Shown here in pieces: positions 51,101 to 59,431 of a DNA stretch of 64,000 bases. Source of the DNA: Actinomycetes bacterium (lineage in GTDB: Bacteria > Actinomycetota > Acidimicrobiia > Acidimicrobiales > Acidimicrobiaceae). Every line of letters starts with the position of its first letter. Position 1 is the first letter of the stretch. Location of the stretch: NCBI GenBank assembly GCA_021810525.1, contig JAJZIP010000002.1, positions 2,122 through 66,121 on the forward strand. Reading direction: 5' to 3'. The notes under the pieces were generated by a model. It was not told the origin of the DNA, made no database searches, and worked only from the letters and a program-made list of their open reading frames with translations. A program made the position numbers and the translations under genes.

Positions 51101-51624
51101 AAGACTGTGTTGCCAGAGATTAGATGGGCCCGATAGAAGATGATCACCACCTTGGGGGCTTGGGGATCAACTTCTATGACCTTAAAGATCCCCACCTCCG
51201 GAACCTCCTCAGGAGGTTTGAAACCGTGACCGCTAAACAGGCAGGTGTCAGAGACGAAACGAATGAAATTTGCATAGTTGTTAATGCCACCCCTGACTAA
51301 ATAGTCGAAGCCCTGGGCGACGATGCCGCTAGGTACGTTGGAACAAACGGTCAGCTCCGGATCGGGAATCGACTCTCCTGAGAAACAGAGGAGCGGAAGC
51401 CCATTTTCCCTGCAAAATACCTTTAAATAGTCAAGGCCTTCCAAGAACGCATCCTTGCCGCCAAGCAGCCTCACGCAGATTAGAGCGGCGTCATCGACCG
51501 CCTCTTTCCAGTTTCCAGCCGATACAGAGCGGGCGTGAAGCTCAATCCCCACCCCCTCCAGTTGGTCGGCCACGCTTCGCAGCGTCAAAAGCTCGGTGTC
51601 GGCGTTGGTCAGGTACAAAAACAA
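48103..51624 (-). CDS. cobN: cobaltochelatase subunit CobN
   Basis: 1173 aa CobN/Mg-chelatase H family: ...[14 protein letters not shown]... and [33 protein letters not shown]. Confidence 0.94.
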   Translation of the reverse strand: MFLYLTNADTELLTLRSVADQLEGVGIELHARSVSAGNWKEAVDDAALICVRLLGGKDAFLEGLDYLKVFCRENGLPLLCFSGESIPDPELTVCSNVPSGIVAQGFDYLVRGGINNYANFIRFVSDTCLFSGHGFKPPEEVPEVGIFKVIEVDPQAPKVVIIFYRAHLISGNTVFVELLAKEIAAHGLSVYPIYCYSLRAGFGEHSPIYRLVKEISPDVIITTVLAAGSMDSDGQSWDVSEMVELGVPIVQAIVSSSDRQTWESRSSGLVPLDVTMQVAIPEFDGRIITVPFSFKEVVDSDSGFGSDVTAYRADRERTARVGGIVARLASLRHKDNKEKKVAIVISAYPTKRSRLGNAVGLDTPASVIALLHALRDAGYGIERIPQSGDALMAELVDTFNYDVPTLSISQAQKAKLRLSAQEYMTEFANFGEDVKRGLTAAWGEPPGSVYLHGSEFLFPGMILGNVFIAIQPPRGFGENPIAIYHSPDLAPTHHYMAFYRMLDIKYNADAIIHVGKHGTLEWLPGKGLGLSNNCYPDQALGAIPMIYPFVVNDPGEGTQAKRRAHAVIIDHMVPPLTRADTYDELSKLESLLDAHARYLGMDPSKLPALREEIWQVLVDAHITRELKLDESPDFEDAEFDSLVGEIDGYLCEIKDAQIRGGLHILGSILEGQAEVDMISALTRIGSEAQPSLRQLAAAKLDVDLKAGRTQEIDRVEAEVKSVIRLLQDSGFRSDNLGQLPESYHESAQMICNDLVPRLRATPREIVAVLEALEGRYIASGPAGAPSRGMSQVLPTGRNFYSIDPKALPSLQSWAVGQKLADAVIDRYLSEEGSFPLSVGIVVWGTAAMRTAGDDISQALALVGVRPVWDAQTGRVSGSELISREELGRPRVDVTLRISGFFRDAFPHVISFLSDAFLMAAKSPEVDNPLAKDIDLPKIFGPKPGSYGSGILPLIEARNWRSSEDLAKVYLTWSGYSYGSGGFGKFDPEAMTKRFKGIQVASKNQDNREHDIFDSDDYMQDHGGMIAAVRHLSGSEPKSYFGDSADPGRPKVKSLAEEAAKVVRSRVINPKWIEAMKHHGYKGAFEMAATVDYLFGYDATANIVEDWMYERVTQSYVADASVRKFFEQSNPSALTSIAERLLEASQRGLWNATEESLDAIRSAMLEAEGWEETR

Positions 51625-51628
51625 AGCT

Positions 51629-54121
51629 TCAAATCCCCCTTGAGTGCTCGATATCGATGGCAGCCGCTCCTAACAGCGCGTCAATGTCAACGTGTTTTAT
51701 CATGAGACTTGCCAGGAGATCGATCTGGCGGTCTCGGACTTGCGAGAAGTTGAGGTCGGATCGGAAACTCTTAGACTGCACTCGCGCCACATAACCAAGA
51801 AATCTCCGGCGAAACTCGTCATTCTCAAATACACCGTGGAGCGTGGTGCCAAAGACGCGCCCGGATTCGCCAACTGCACCTTCTGTCAATCCGACCTCAG
51901 AGATAGGACGAACCGGCTTGGAGAGCACAAATAAGCTGGCTGAATCCCCGCCCATCACCCTTCCCTGATGAATCTGGTATCCCGCCGCAGAAACACCCCC
52001 GAAGTATGGCGAAGTACCAGTCCGGAGCAATGTGACCTTTGATGGCAAAAAAGTGGTACGAACGTCTAACAGGCCAAACCCCTTGACTCTACCCTGTTTC
52101 GACTCCACCTCATCTTCAATCTCTCTACCCAACATCTGATATCCACCGCATATACCAAGGATCAGTGCTCCGCGGGACAGTTGCCGCTTTATCGCCAATT
52201 CAAATCCGATCCCTCTAAGCCAGTTGAGATCATCGACCGTGGATTTGGAACCAGGGATTATTATCAGGTCGGGAGAACCTAGCTGACCCGGCGTGGTTAC
52301 CATCCGTAGTGCGCAGCCGGCTTCACTCAGTAGGGGGTCGAAATCGGTGAAGTTCGAGATCTTGGGGAGCGAGATCACCGCGACATCCAGGGCGGAACCA
52401 TCCTCGAACTGACCATCGCCATAGCGTGGAAGACCGAACGAATCCTCGCTGTCGACAAGTGACTCAGCGATATAGGGCAGCACTCCAAAGACCGGCTTCC
52501 TGGAGAGTAGCTCTAGCTGGGAGATGCCGCTGTCCAAAAGCGTCGCATCTCCGCGGATCTTGTTGATTGCAAAGCCACAAATAAGAGCTGAGAGATGAGG
52601 TGGAAGGATTTTGATTGTTCCGTAGAGGGAGGCAAAAACCCCGCCTCTGTCTATGTCGCCAATAAGCAATGCTTTGGAGTTGATTCGCCGGGCCAAGCTC
52701 AGATTTACTATGTCATTATCGATGAGATTGATCTCTGCTGGAGAGCCCGCACCCTCAAGAATTACAACTTCGAAGCGCGAGGCAAGGTCATCGTATGCGC
52801 CCATGACTACTTCAATTAGCTCACGTTTCTTGTCCTGGTAACCCCGTGCGTCGGTCTCAAATAGAGGCTCTCCCATCACCACCACCTGAGAGGTCATCTC
52901 AGATGTGGGCTTGATCAGAACCGGGTTCATCACAACTTCCGGGTCGATCCTTGCCGCATAAGCCTGTCTTGCCTGGGCCCTTCCGATCTCATAGCCGGCC
53001 GGGGTGACAGCTGAGTTCAGTGACATATTCTGAGCCTTGAACGGCGCGACTGCAACGCCTCGGTCGGAGAGCACCCGGCAAAGAGCTGTCACCAGAGTGC
53101 TCTTGCCCGAATCAGACGACGTGCCGACCAGCATCAGCGAACCCTTGAACCTGCTTGGAACACGCCTCTTCCGCTTGGCTGGGAACAGCGCCCGCTCCAT
53201 CTTCTCAAGACCCCGACTATTTGGAACAGCGATTCGCACACCTCCCGGAAGTCCAAACGACGACGTATCTCTGACAAGCACCTTTTGCTCCAAAAGCCGA
53301 TCAAACAGGTCCGCTGCGTCTATCACGTGGACAAAGTTCGAAACAGAGGGCGCGGGAATCAAGCCATACGCCTGTAACAACTGGATAAGGCGTTCCCGCA
53401 GCAGGGCTACCGACTCGCTAGTCGCTCTCAAATCAATGGTGGAGATCATGTAAGGAAGCGAGGCAGCTGCGAGTGAGTTCAGTGACCACTGCGGTTGAAA
53501 AGCTTTCAGTTCCACGGCATCGGCAATGGAGGGCGCGATGACGTATCCAATTCGGAGCCCCGGAAGGGCGAAAAGCTTGGTGAGTGAGCCGACGACGAAG
53601 CTCCCGCGTTCAAAGTCCCGCCTACTCCATTCCCCTGTGGCGATTTGATAAAAGGCCTCGTCTACTACGAATGGCAGCTCATGGTCTTCGAGCAAGCGAC
53701 CGGTTGGGTTGTTCGGATTCGACGCCCACCAAGGACCGGCTTGGTCTAGGCGAGCTATATGGCGCCGATATAGTGAAAACTCCGGATCTTTGACAAAACC
53801 GGAGGTTACGACCTGAGACACAAGCTTGATCGCCTCCGCTCCACCGTTACAGAGAACGAGTTGAGCCTCATCTACGCCAATGGCATTTGCCAGTGAAGCA
53901 GTGGCCTCTGAACAATCGGGATAGCTCACGAACGAGCCGAGCCATCGAGTCAGGATTGGTAGATAATCCGGAGCAACAGGATTCATCGAAGCCGAAAGGT
54001 CTAGCAGCTCCCCGGAGCCCAGCCCCAATAGGCGCTCCAACCCTCGTGCTGAATCACCGTGGCTTCTGCTCGAGAGATATCTTTTGGCTTCTCTCACCTC
54101 CTTGGGCCCCAAGTTGCTCAT
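51629..54121 (-). CDS. cobQ: fusion: L-threonine-O-3-phosphate decarboxylase-like aminotransferase (CobC/CobD) + cobyric acid synthase (CobQ/CbiP)
   Basis: The N-terminal 340 aa or so have a class I/II aminotransferase fold (LDLSASMNPVAP, NPNNPTG, SLTKLFALPGLRIGY). The remainder is CobQ (LMLVGTSSDSGKSTLVTALCR, FKAQNMSLNS, glutaminase GICGGYQMLG). ATG 54121 overlaps the cbiB stop (TAATG). Confidence 0.85.
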   Translation of the reverse strand: MSNLGPKEVREAKRYLSSRSHGDSARGLERLLGLGSGELLDLSASMNPVAPDYLPILTRWLGSFVSYPDCSEATASLANAIGVDEAQLVLCNGGAEAIKLVSQVVTSGFVKDPEFSLYRRHIARLDQAGPWWASNPNNPTGRLLEDHELPFVVDEAFYQIATGEWSRRDFERGSFVVGSLTKLFALPGLRIGYVIAPSIADAVELKAFQPQWSLNSLAAASLPYMISTIDLRATSESVALLRERLIQLLQAYGLIPAPSVSNFVHVIDAADLFDRLLEQKVLVRDTSSFGLPGGVRIAVPNSRGLEKMERALFPAKRKRRVPSRFKGSLMLVGTSSDSGKSTLVTALCRVLSDRGVAVAPFKAQNMSLNSAVTPAGYEIGRAQARQAYAARIDPEVVMNPVLIKPTSEMTSQVVVMGEPLFETDARGYQDKKRELIEVVMGAYDDLASRFEVVILEGAGSPAEINLIDNDIVNLSLARRINSKALLIGDIDRGGVFASLYGTIKILPPHLSALICGFAINKIRGDATLLDSGISQLELLSRKPVFGVLPYIAESLVDSEDSFGLPRYGDGQFEDGSALDVAVISLPKISNFTDFDPLLSEAGCALRMVTTPGQLGSPDLIIIPGSKSTVDDLNWLRGIGFELAIKRQLSRGALILGICGGYQMLGREIEDEVESKQGRVKGFGLLDVRTTFLPSKVTLLRTGTSPYFGGVSAAGYQIHQGRVMGGDSASLFVLSKPVRPISEVGLTEGAVGESGRVFGTTLHGVFENDEFRRRFLGYVARVQSKSFRSDLNFSQVRDRQIDLLASLMIKHVDIDALLGAAAIDIEHSRGI

Positions 54122-55056
54122 TAGTTCCCCTTTGACCCGAGCGTGAGCGTCGCTCCGCCAACTATTAGAAAAGCGGCGAACAGGCTGTCGCTCCGTCTGC
54201 AAAGATCGGACGCGCTGCCAATATCTGAAGCTGATGCGGCTCGAGCTCCCCCCATCTCCGGGCGAAGTTCTATCTTGCCCTCGTAGACGTTCTCCCCTCC
54301 CAGCTTGACTCCAAGCTTGTGTGCATAGGTGGCTTCGACAACACCTGCATTTGGTGAAGGATGACGGGAGGCATCACCGTTGATGGAAGAAAACGCAGGC
54401 CAAGTGCCATTGGGAATCGACCAGGCCAAAAGTGCAGCCAGACGTGAGGGTATACAGTTCGCAAGATCATCCAGCCTTGCACAAAACCAACCAAACTCGC
54501 GGTACTGTGGACTTCTGTAGGCCACCATGGCATCCATGGTGTTTATAGCGCGGTAAATGGCGGCGCCGGTCCCTCCGAATAGCGCGCCAAATACCATCGG
54601 GGCGATCACCGCATCGGAGGAGTTCTCCGCAACAGACTCGACAACGGCTCTTGCCGCTCCAAAGCTGTCAAGGGATTCGGGGTCCCGACCAACCAGCGAG
54701 GGGAGCTGAACCCGGACCGCCTTTAAGTCACCACGCTCGAGGCTGGACCGTACCTCTGCTGCGTTTTCAAGAAGAGACTTCTCTGCGACGGCAAGATATG
54801 TGGCGAGTGCGGTCCCTACAAAGGGCGATGGGAACAACCGCGAGACAATTGTCGCAAATGCAATTCCAACAATCCCGTAGCTTATGCCTGAAGGCTTAGT
54901 GCCCCTCCAGAGGAACATCTCCACACGCGTCATTGCCTTGCCGAAAAGAGCAACCGGATGCACAGCTAAAGGGGGCTCCCCGAGACTCCGATCCAGCAGC
55001 AGTCCAACTCCCGCACCCATCATTCGCTTGCCTAGCAGCAGCCTCAGCTCCCTCAC
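54121..55056 (-). CDS. cbiB: adenosylcobinamide-phosphate synthase CbiB (CobD)
   Basis: Membrane protein with LLDRSLGEPPLAVHPVALFGK, SPNAG and GGENVY motifs. ATGA overlap with the cobS stop. Confidence 0.9.
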   Translation of the reverse strand: MRELRLLLGKRMMGAGVGLLLDRSLGEPPLAVHPVALFGKAMTRVEMFLWRGTKPSGISYGIVGIAFATIVSRLFPSPFVGTALATYLAVAEKSLLENAAEVRSSLERGDLKAVRVQLPSLVGRDPESLDSFGAARAVVESVAENSSDAVIAPMVFGALFGGTGAAIYRAINTMDAMVAYRSPQYREFGWFCARLDDLANCIPSRLAALLAWSIPNGTWPAFSSINGDASRHPSPNAGVVEATYAHKLGVKLGGENVYEGKIELRPEMGGARAASASDIGSASDLCRRSDSLFAAFLIVGGATLTLGSKGN

Positions 55057-55781
55057 CTTTGCATCAGAGCTCCGGCCACCAAAGCCATGGTCTCGGTTGC
55101 GACGATCGAGGCCCCAAGTACATCTCCGGTGTAGCCGCCAATGAGCGCCTTTGCCCTTGTGATGATTATTGCCTGGACCGCGAACATGACAGCTGGAAGA
55201 ACGAGGCCCTTGAATCCCAAACCGGCGACGATAACAGCTGAACTTGCCAACAACTCAGCTGAGATGATCACCTTTGTGCGGAGAGTGACGACCACGCTCT
55301 TGAACCCGCTCACGATTCCCGACGGTTTGGCATAGGGAAACAGTGCGATGACAAGTGCCGCCAGCTCACGGGAGAATGACATCACACCTACTAGAAGTAA
55401 AACGTTCGGAGTGATCGTCGAGAGGGAAAGGCTCATCAACAGTAGAGCCATCACCACCGCCACGATTCCGAATGTCCCGACCTCTGGGCCGGACATCACG
55501 GCAAAACGCCTCGAGGTGTCAAGGTGAGCCAGCAGCCCATCGGCAGCATCAGCCAGACCGTCAAAATGAATCGCTCCAGTTATAACCACAATCACAAGGA
55601 CGACGACCGCTCCTTCCAACAGCCTCGCCGGGCCATGACCGAGAAGCTTCCAGATCAGGCCTGAAACCGCAGCGATCAAGACTCCTGCTACTGAAAACCA
55701 GAGCACGCTGGATTCTCTGGGCGAGTCCCCCCGTCCAAAGACAGTTAGAAAGCTGATCGCCCCAAACAGGTCGTCTTTCAC
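55053..55781 (-). CDS. cobS: adenosylcobinamide-GDP ribazoletransferase (cobalamin synthase) CobS
   Basis: Polytopic. AISFLTVFGRG...GAIHFDGLADAADGL. GTG 55781 overlaps the cobU stop as GTGA, so the ORF-track extension to 55976 was rejected. Confidence 0.85.
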   Translation of the reverse strand: MKDDLFGAISFLTVFGRGDSPRESSVLWFSVAGVLIAAVSGLIWKLLGHGPARLLEGAVVVLVIVVITGAIHFDGLADAADGLLAHLDTSRRFAVMSGPEVGTFGIVAVVMALLLMSLSLSTITPNVLLLVGVMSFSRELAALVIALFPYAKPSGIVSGFKSVVVTLRTKVIISAELLASSAVIVAGLGFKGLVLPAVMFAVQAIIITRAKALIGGYTGDVLGASIVATETMALVAGALMQR

Positions 55782-56350
55782 TTTTGCCCCTCGAAGAAAG
55801 TCGGAGAATATAGCTCGGTCAGACGTCCTGCCACGACGAAGAATGCCCTGTCGACGCATCCGGCTATAGCTTGATTCGTCCTCCCAAGAAGCTCCACGTA
55901 TCTGCGACCAGCATCTGACACTGGGTGGACTGAAAGCCCGACCTCCTCCGCAACAAATGAGAGCGGCGACGGACAATTTCGAATTGCTGCTTGCAACCGT
56001 TTGAGATCAGGCTGAAAGTCGGGATCGCCAGCAAGCCACCCACCCACCGAATCAATAAGCGTGGGAAGTTCAGCCCTTTCAATGAACTCGTAAAGATCCC
56101 CGGGAGCCGCCAACTCCACGCTCTGCCAATTCGAGCCTCTGCGTGCTTGGTGCTGCACCAGCCTGGCGGCAAAATCTGCGTCAGCTACGCTCCAGGCTCG
56201 TGGAGCGGTTGCCAAATAACATATCGCAGGATGTCTTTTCGCGATGGCCAGTTCCGCTATTTGCGACTTTCCGGAACGGGCACCGCCAAGAAAGATGAAC
56301 TTTCCCGAGCTATTGATGTCCACGCATCTCCCAATCGAACGACTCGACAT
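55778..56350 (-). CDS. cobU: bifunctional adenosylcobinamide kinase / adenosylcobinamide-phosphate guanylyltransferase CobU (CobP)
   Basis: FIFLGGARSGKSQIAE P-loop. The ORF-track N-terminus (to 56425) runs through the riboswitch B12 box, so I chose ATG 56350. GTG 56323 is also possible. Confidence 0.85.
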   Translation of the reverse strand: MSSRSIGRCVDINSSGKFIFLGGARSGKSQIAELAIAKRHPAICYLATAPRAWSVADADFAARLVQHQARRGSNWQSVELAAPGDLYEFIERAELPTLIDSVGGWLAGDPDFQPDLKRLQAAIRNCPSPLSFVAEEVGLSVHPVSDAGRRYVELLGRTNQAIAGCVDRAFFVVAGRLTELYSPTFFEGQK

Positions 56351-56351
56351 A

Positions 56352-56520
56352 CAGAGTGTGCCCAGGTATCCTGGCTCCGTTTCATCGCCTCGCCCGACCT
56401 TCCCGCCGAAAACCGCAGTGGTCAATTGTTGGACTTGGCTCTACGTCACAGTTGCGGGACAGCCCCGGATTTTCACCGGATTCCCTGATTGCACTTTAAA
56501 GATACTACCGCCCCACAGCG
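56352..56520 (-). promoter_or_regulatory. cobalamin (adenosylcobalamin) riboswitch
   Basis: The minus strand reads GGCGGTAGTATCTTTAAAGTGCAATCAGGGAATCCGGTGAAAATCCGGGGCTGTCCCGCAACTGTGACGTAGAGCC...CCACTGCGGTTTTCGGCGGGAAGGTCGGGCGAGGCGATGAAACGGAGCCAGGATACCTGGGCAC. All core blocks are present: GGGAA, GGTGAAAATCC, CCCGCAACTGT, CACTG...GGGAAGG, and the B12 box AGCCAGGAtACCTGG. Confidence 0.88.
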
Positions 56521-56837
56521 ACAGTCGTCGGCTCAAAGGCTACGTGGCCGAGAGACGCTTCAGTGCCTGGGACTTTAACTTTCGGACATATGCGACCCCC
56601 TCATGAGAGCGTGGGCCCCTCGACACTCCTCGCATGGACCAAGCCAACGCATTTCCCAGCTCCCAAAAAAGCTCCCGAACCAGAAGACAGTTGCCTCCCG
56701 TATTCAAACACGTCAGTTGCACCCGAAAAGACTTACGGACTGCATTCAAGCTGCCAATTGATCCGCCGTCAATATTCAACTCAGGTTTTTCAGCACGAGT
56801 CCCCCTGTCATAGGCGACAAGACGCTACCGTTTAGTT

Positions 56838-57362
56838 ATGACACGCGTTGAATCAATCATCTTGGTGAACACCGGGCACGGAAAGGGAAAGTCGTCAGCA
56901 GCCTTTGGAGTAATGTCACGCGGCTGGGCCCGTGGATGGAAGGTTGGAGTCGTCCAATTCATCAAGAGCGGAAAATGGAAGACCGGCGAGAGAAAGTTGG
57001 CTGACCACCTTGGCATCGAGTGGCACACCCTCGGAGACGGCTTCACATGGGAATCCCATGACTTGGAGGAGTCTGCAGCAAAGGGGCGCCACGCCTTCGA
57101 AGTTGCTAAGCAGATGCTCTGTGAAGGTGACTTCGATCTCCTCATCTTCGATGAGTTCACTTACGCCGTCAAATATGGCTGGATCTCCGTCGATGACGCC
57201 ATAGGTGCACTCCAGCAGCGGATGCCCAAGACCAACGTTGTTATCACTGGTCGAGACTGCCCACAGGAGATCATTGACGTAGCCGACACGGTGACCGAAA
57301 TGCGGAAGATCAAGCATGCGTACGACCAGGGAATCAAGGCAAAGAAAGGAATCGAGTACTGA
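56838..57362 (+). CDS. cobO: cob(I)yrinic acid a,c-diamide adenosyltransferase (CobO/BtuR)
   Basis: ILVNTGHGKGKSSAAFG P-loop, LLIFDEFTYA, VVITGRDCPQEIIDVADTVTEM. Confidence 0.9.
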   Translation: MTRVESIILVNTGHGKGKSSAAFGVMSRGWARGWKVGVVQFIKSGKWKTGERKLADHLGIEWHTLGDGFTWESHDLEESAAKGRHAFEVAKQMLCEGDFDLLIFDEFTYAVKYGWISVDDAIGALQQRMPKTNVVITGRDCPQEIIDVADTVTEMRKIKHAYDQGIKAKKGIEY

Positions 57363-57367
57363 CGAAA

Positions 57368-58744
57368 ATGCCACGACGTCACCTCGGTCCAAGATTCCTG
57401 ATTGCAGGAACCTCCTCAGGTGTGGGAAAGACGACGGTCACAACGGCCCTGCTCTCCGCATTCCATCACAAGGGGATGTGCGTAGCACCCGCCAAAGTCG
57501 GTCCCGACTTCATTGATCCCACATACCATGAACTCGCCTGCGGAAAAAGAGGATGTACTCTTGACACCTTCCTGCTTGGCAAAGGCGCGATCGCTCCTGC
57601 CCTCATGCAGCTAAGCAGAGACGCCGATCTCACCATTATCGAAGGTGTGATGGGTCTTTTTGATGGAACCTTGATGCGCCGAGCCGAGCCGGATCGCGAC
57701 TTGGGCATCGATCCCAAGCTCCCCAGTGGCTCGACCGCAGAGGTGGCGGCACTCACCCAGACCCCTGTAATCCTGATCCTCGATGCTAGCGCCACCTCGT
57801 CATCACTGGCTGCGGTAGTGGAGGGATTCTCCAACTTCTCTCGACAGATCACGCTTGCTGGACTGGTGATAAACAACTATGGGAGCCCATCCCATCTGGA
57901 ACTGATAAAGACATCCCTCAAACACCTCGATGTAGAAATCGTGGGGGCTATACCACGAGGAGCAGTCCCACCGTGGCGAAGTCGGCATCTGGGCCTGGTG
58001 CCCGTGATCGAAGATCGACAAGCTTTAGAGCTTTCCATCAAAACTCTGACGCACCGAGTCGCTCCGCTTTTAGACCTCGACAAGATTTTGGAAATAGCTG
58101 ACTCGGCACCTGCTGTTAGCATAACTTTGCCTAAGGAAGTAAACCCCGCTCCAAAGACGAGGATCGCCGTTGCCCGAGGAAAAGCCTTCAGCTTCGTCTA
58201 CCCTGAAAACCTCGTGGTTCTTGAGCAATCAGGAGCCGAGCTCGCCTATTTTGACCCTCTCACAGACACCGAGCTTCCGAAAGGGACCAGGGGCCTTATA
58301 GCTGGAGGCGGATTTCCGGAAGTCTTTGCCGAAAAACTCTCCAAGAATTTGGTGCTCAATAATGCGGTTAAACTGGCAATCACCGATGGGTTGCCGACGT
58401 GGGCGGAGTGCGGTGGACTGATGTGGCTCGCAGACGCTGTTGACGCCGTTCCAATGGTAGGTGCGATACCAACCGAGATCACAATGACCAATCGTCTCAC
58501 TCTTGGCTACGTTAGAGCAAACACCTACCATGACAATTGCCTGACCCGAAAAGAAGAGCCGGTCTATGGCCATGAGTTTCACTACTCTCAGAGTTATCCA
58601 GCCGGCCCCGACATCTCATTTCTTTCCCGGGAAGGCACAAAGAAACAAGGCTTTACATCTTCTACTTTGTTCGCCAGTTACCTCCATATCCATCTTGGAT
58701 CGCAGCGGCTGCTTGCAGAGCGCTTTGTTTCCAACTGCACATGA
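57368..58744 (+). CDS. cobB: cobyrinate / hydrogenobyrinate a,c-diamide synthase (CobB/CbiA)
   Basis: FLIAGTSSGVGKTTVTTALL, KVGPDFIDP, and the C-terminal glutaminase AECGGLMWL...HEFHYS. Confidence 0.9.
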   Translation: MPRRHLGPRFLIAGTSSGVGKTTVTTALLSAFHHKGMCVAPAKVGPDFIDPTYHELACGKRGCTLDTFLLGKGAIAPALMQLSRDADLTIIEGVMGLFDGTLMRRAEPDRDLGIDPKLPSGSTAEVAALTQTPVILILDASATSSSLAAVVEGFSNFSRQITLAGLVINNYGSPSHLELIKTSLKHLDVEIVGAIPRGAVPPWRSRHLGLVPVIEDRQALELSIKTLTHRVAPLLDLDKILEIADSAPAVSITLPKEVNPAPKTRIAVARGKAFSFVYPENLVVLEQSGAELAYFDPLTDTELPKGTRGLIAGGGFPEVFAEKLSKNLVLNNAVKLAITDGLPTWAECGGLMWLADAVDAVPMVGAIPTEITMTNRLTLGYVRANTYHDNCLTRKEEPVYGHEFHYSQSYPAGPDISFLSREGTKKQGFTSSTLFASYLHIHLGSQRLLAERFVSNCT

Positions 58745-58776
58745 TGATCTAGGTCCATTCAAGGCTCTTCTTCCTA

Positions 58777-59067
58777 GGTGATCCGCAGGATCTCTGCGAT
58801 TTTTGAGTCATCGATCTTTCTGGGTACACCGCTACGCGAGGCATCGTCTAGAACCCCTGCTCCAAAAAGCTAGAGGCGCTTTCTCCACTTGCACACCGTA
58901 GCCTTGCATACTCCAAGCGAACTCGCTATGTCCTCGGTGCCAACCCCATCGCTGCACATGAGCGCGATCTTTGCCCTTATGACATGAGACTGCGGAGACT
59001 TTGACGCTCTGATGACTCTTTCGAGATCAGCTCGCTCTCGCTCAACCTCACCGGAAAGCGCTTGCGC
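58777..59067 (-). pseudogene. IS630-family transposase N-terminal (HTH) remnant, truncated with an in-frame stop
   Basis: The minus frame reads ...LSGEVERERADLERVIRASKSPQSHVIRAKIALMCSDGVGTEDIASSLGVCKATVCKWRKRL*LFGAGVLDDASRSGVPRKIDDSKIAEILRIT*. This matches the IS630 pattern (ELERxxRxxxxPxxxxxRARIVLL...G.....IA..LG.S..TV.KWR.RF...G..GL.D..RSGRPRKI). There is no start codon, an internal TAG lies at 58870-58872, and the DDE domain is missing. Confidence 0.7.
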
Positions 59068-59431
59068 TCAGATCTGGTTCCCATCGATCCTCCCATGATA
59101 TCAAATGCCATACCTATCAGGTAAAACATTTGCCGTAGAGGATTAATTCCTGATATTTCTCATGTATTTATCTATTCTGCGTACTTAGGAATAGGGACAC
59201 TAGGATGGGCGCAATTCATTAACTCTCAGAATGGCCGAATGAAACATGCCGGGTCGAATCTCCCTGGCACAGCAAGCAATCGGGGCTTCGGTCATCCAGG
59301 TCATTCATAGACCGAGCGGCAGACGAAAACCCCGGGTTTTGATCCGGTTCGAACTCTGAACCCTAGGATCTTGCACAAAGTTGGTAAAGACCAAGCTGTA
59401 AGATTACGGAAAACGGGGGAACAGGCGCTAG

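Noticed and set aside
55782-55976. N-terminal extensions of cobS (to 55976), the cobC/D-cobQ fusion (to 54202), yebC (to 30655), fabI (from 41613) and npdG (to 41673)
   Set aside because: In each case a downstream start gives the canonical family N-terminus. That start also gives a 1-4 nt stop/start overlap or a good SD, while the extensions overlap neighbouring genes or the divergent promoter region.
56540-56835. ORFs 56540-56779(-) and 56563-56835(+) in the cob divergent spacer
   Set aside because: They are mutually antisense, with no SD, low-complexity sequence and no family resemblance. The region is more likely promoter or leader DNA.
59190-59375. Possible tRNA or tRNA fragment (GGTCGAATC and GGTTCGAAC T-loop-like strings)
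   Set aside because: I could not fold a cloverleaf. There is no matching acceptor stem, D-arm or anticodon arm, and the T-stems do not pair properly. At most these are decayed fragments or chance matches. I kept them only as a note in the IS-relic finding.
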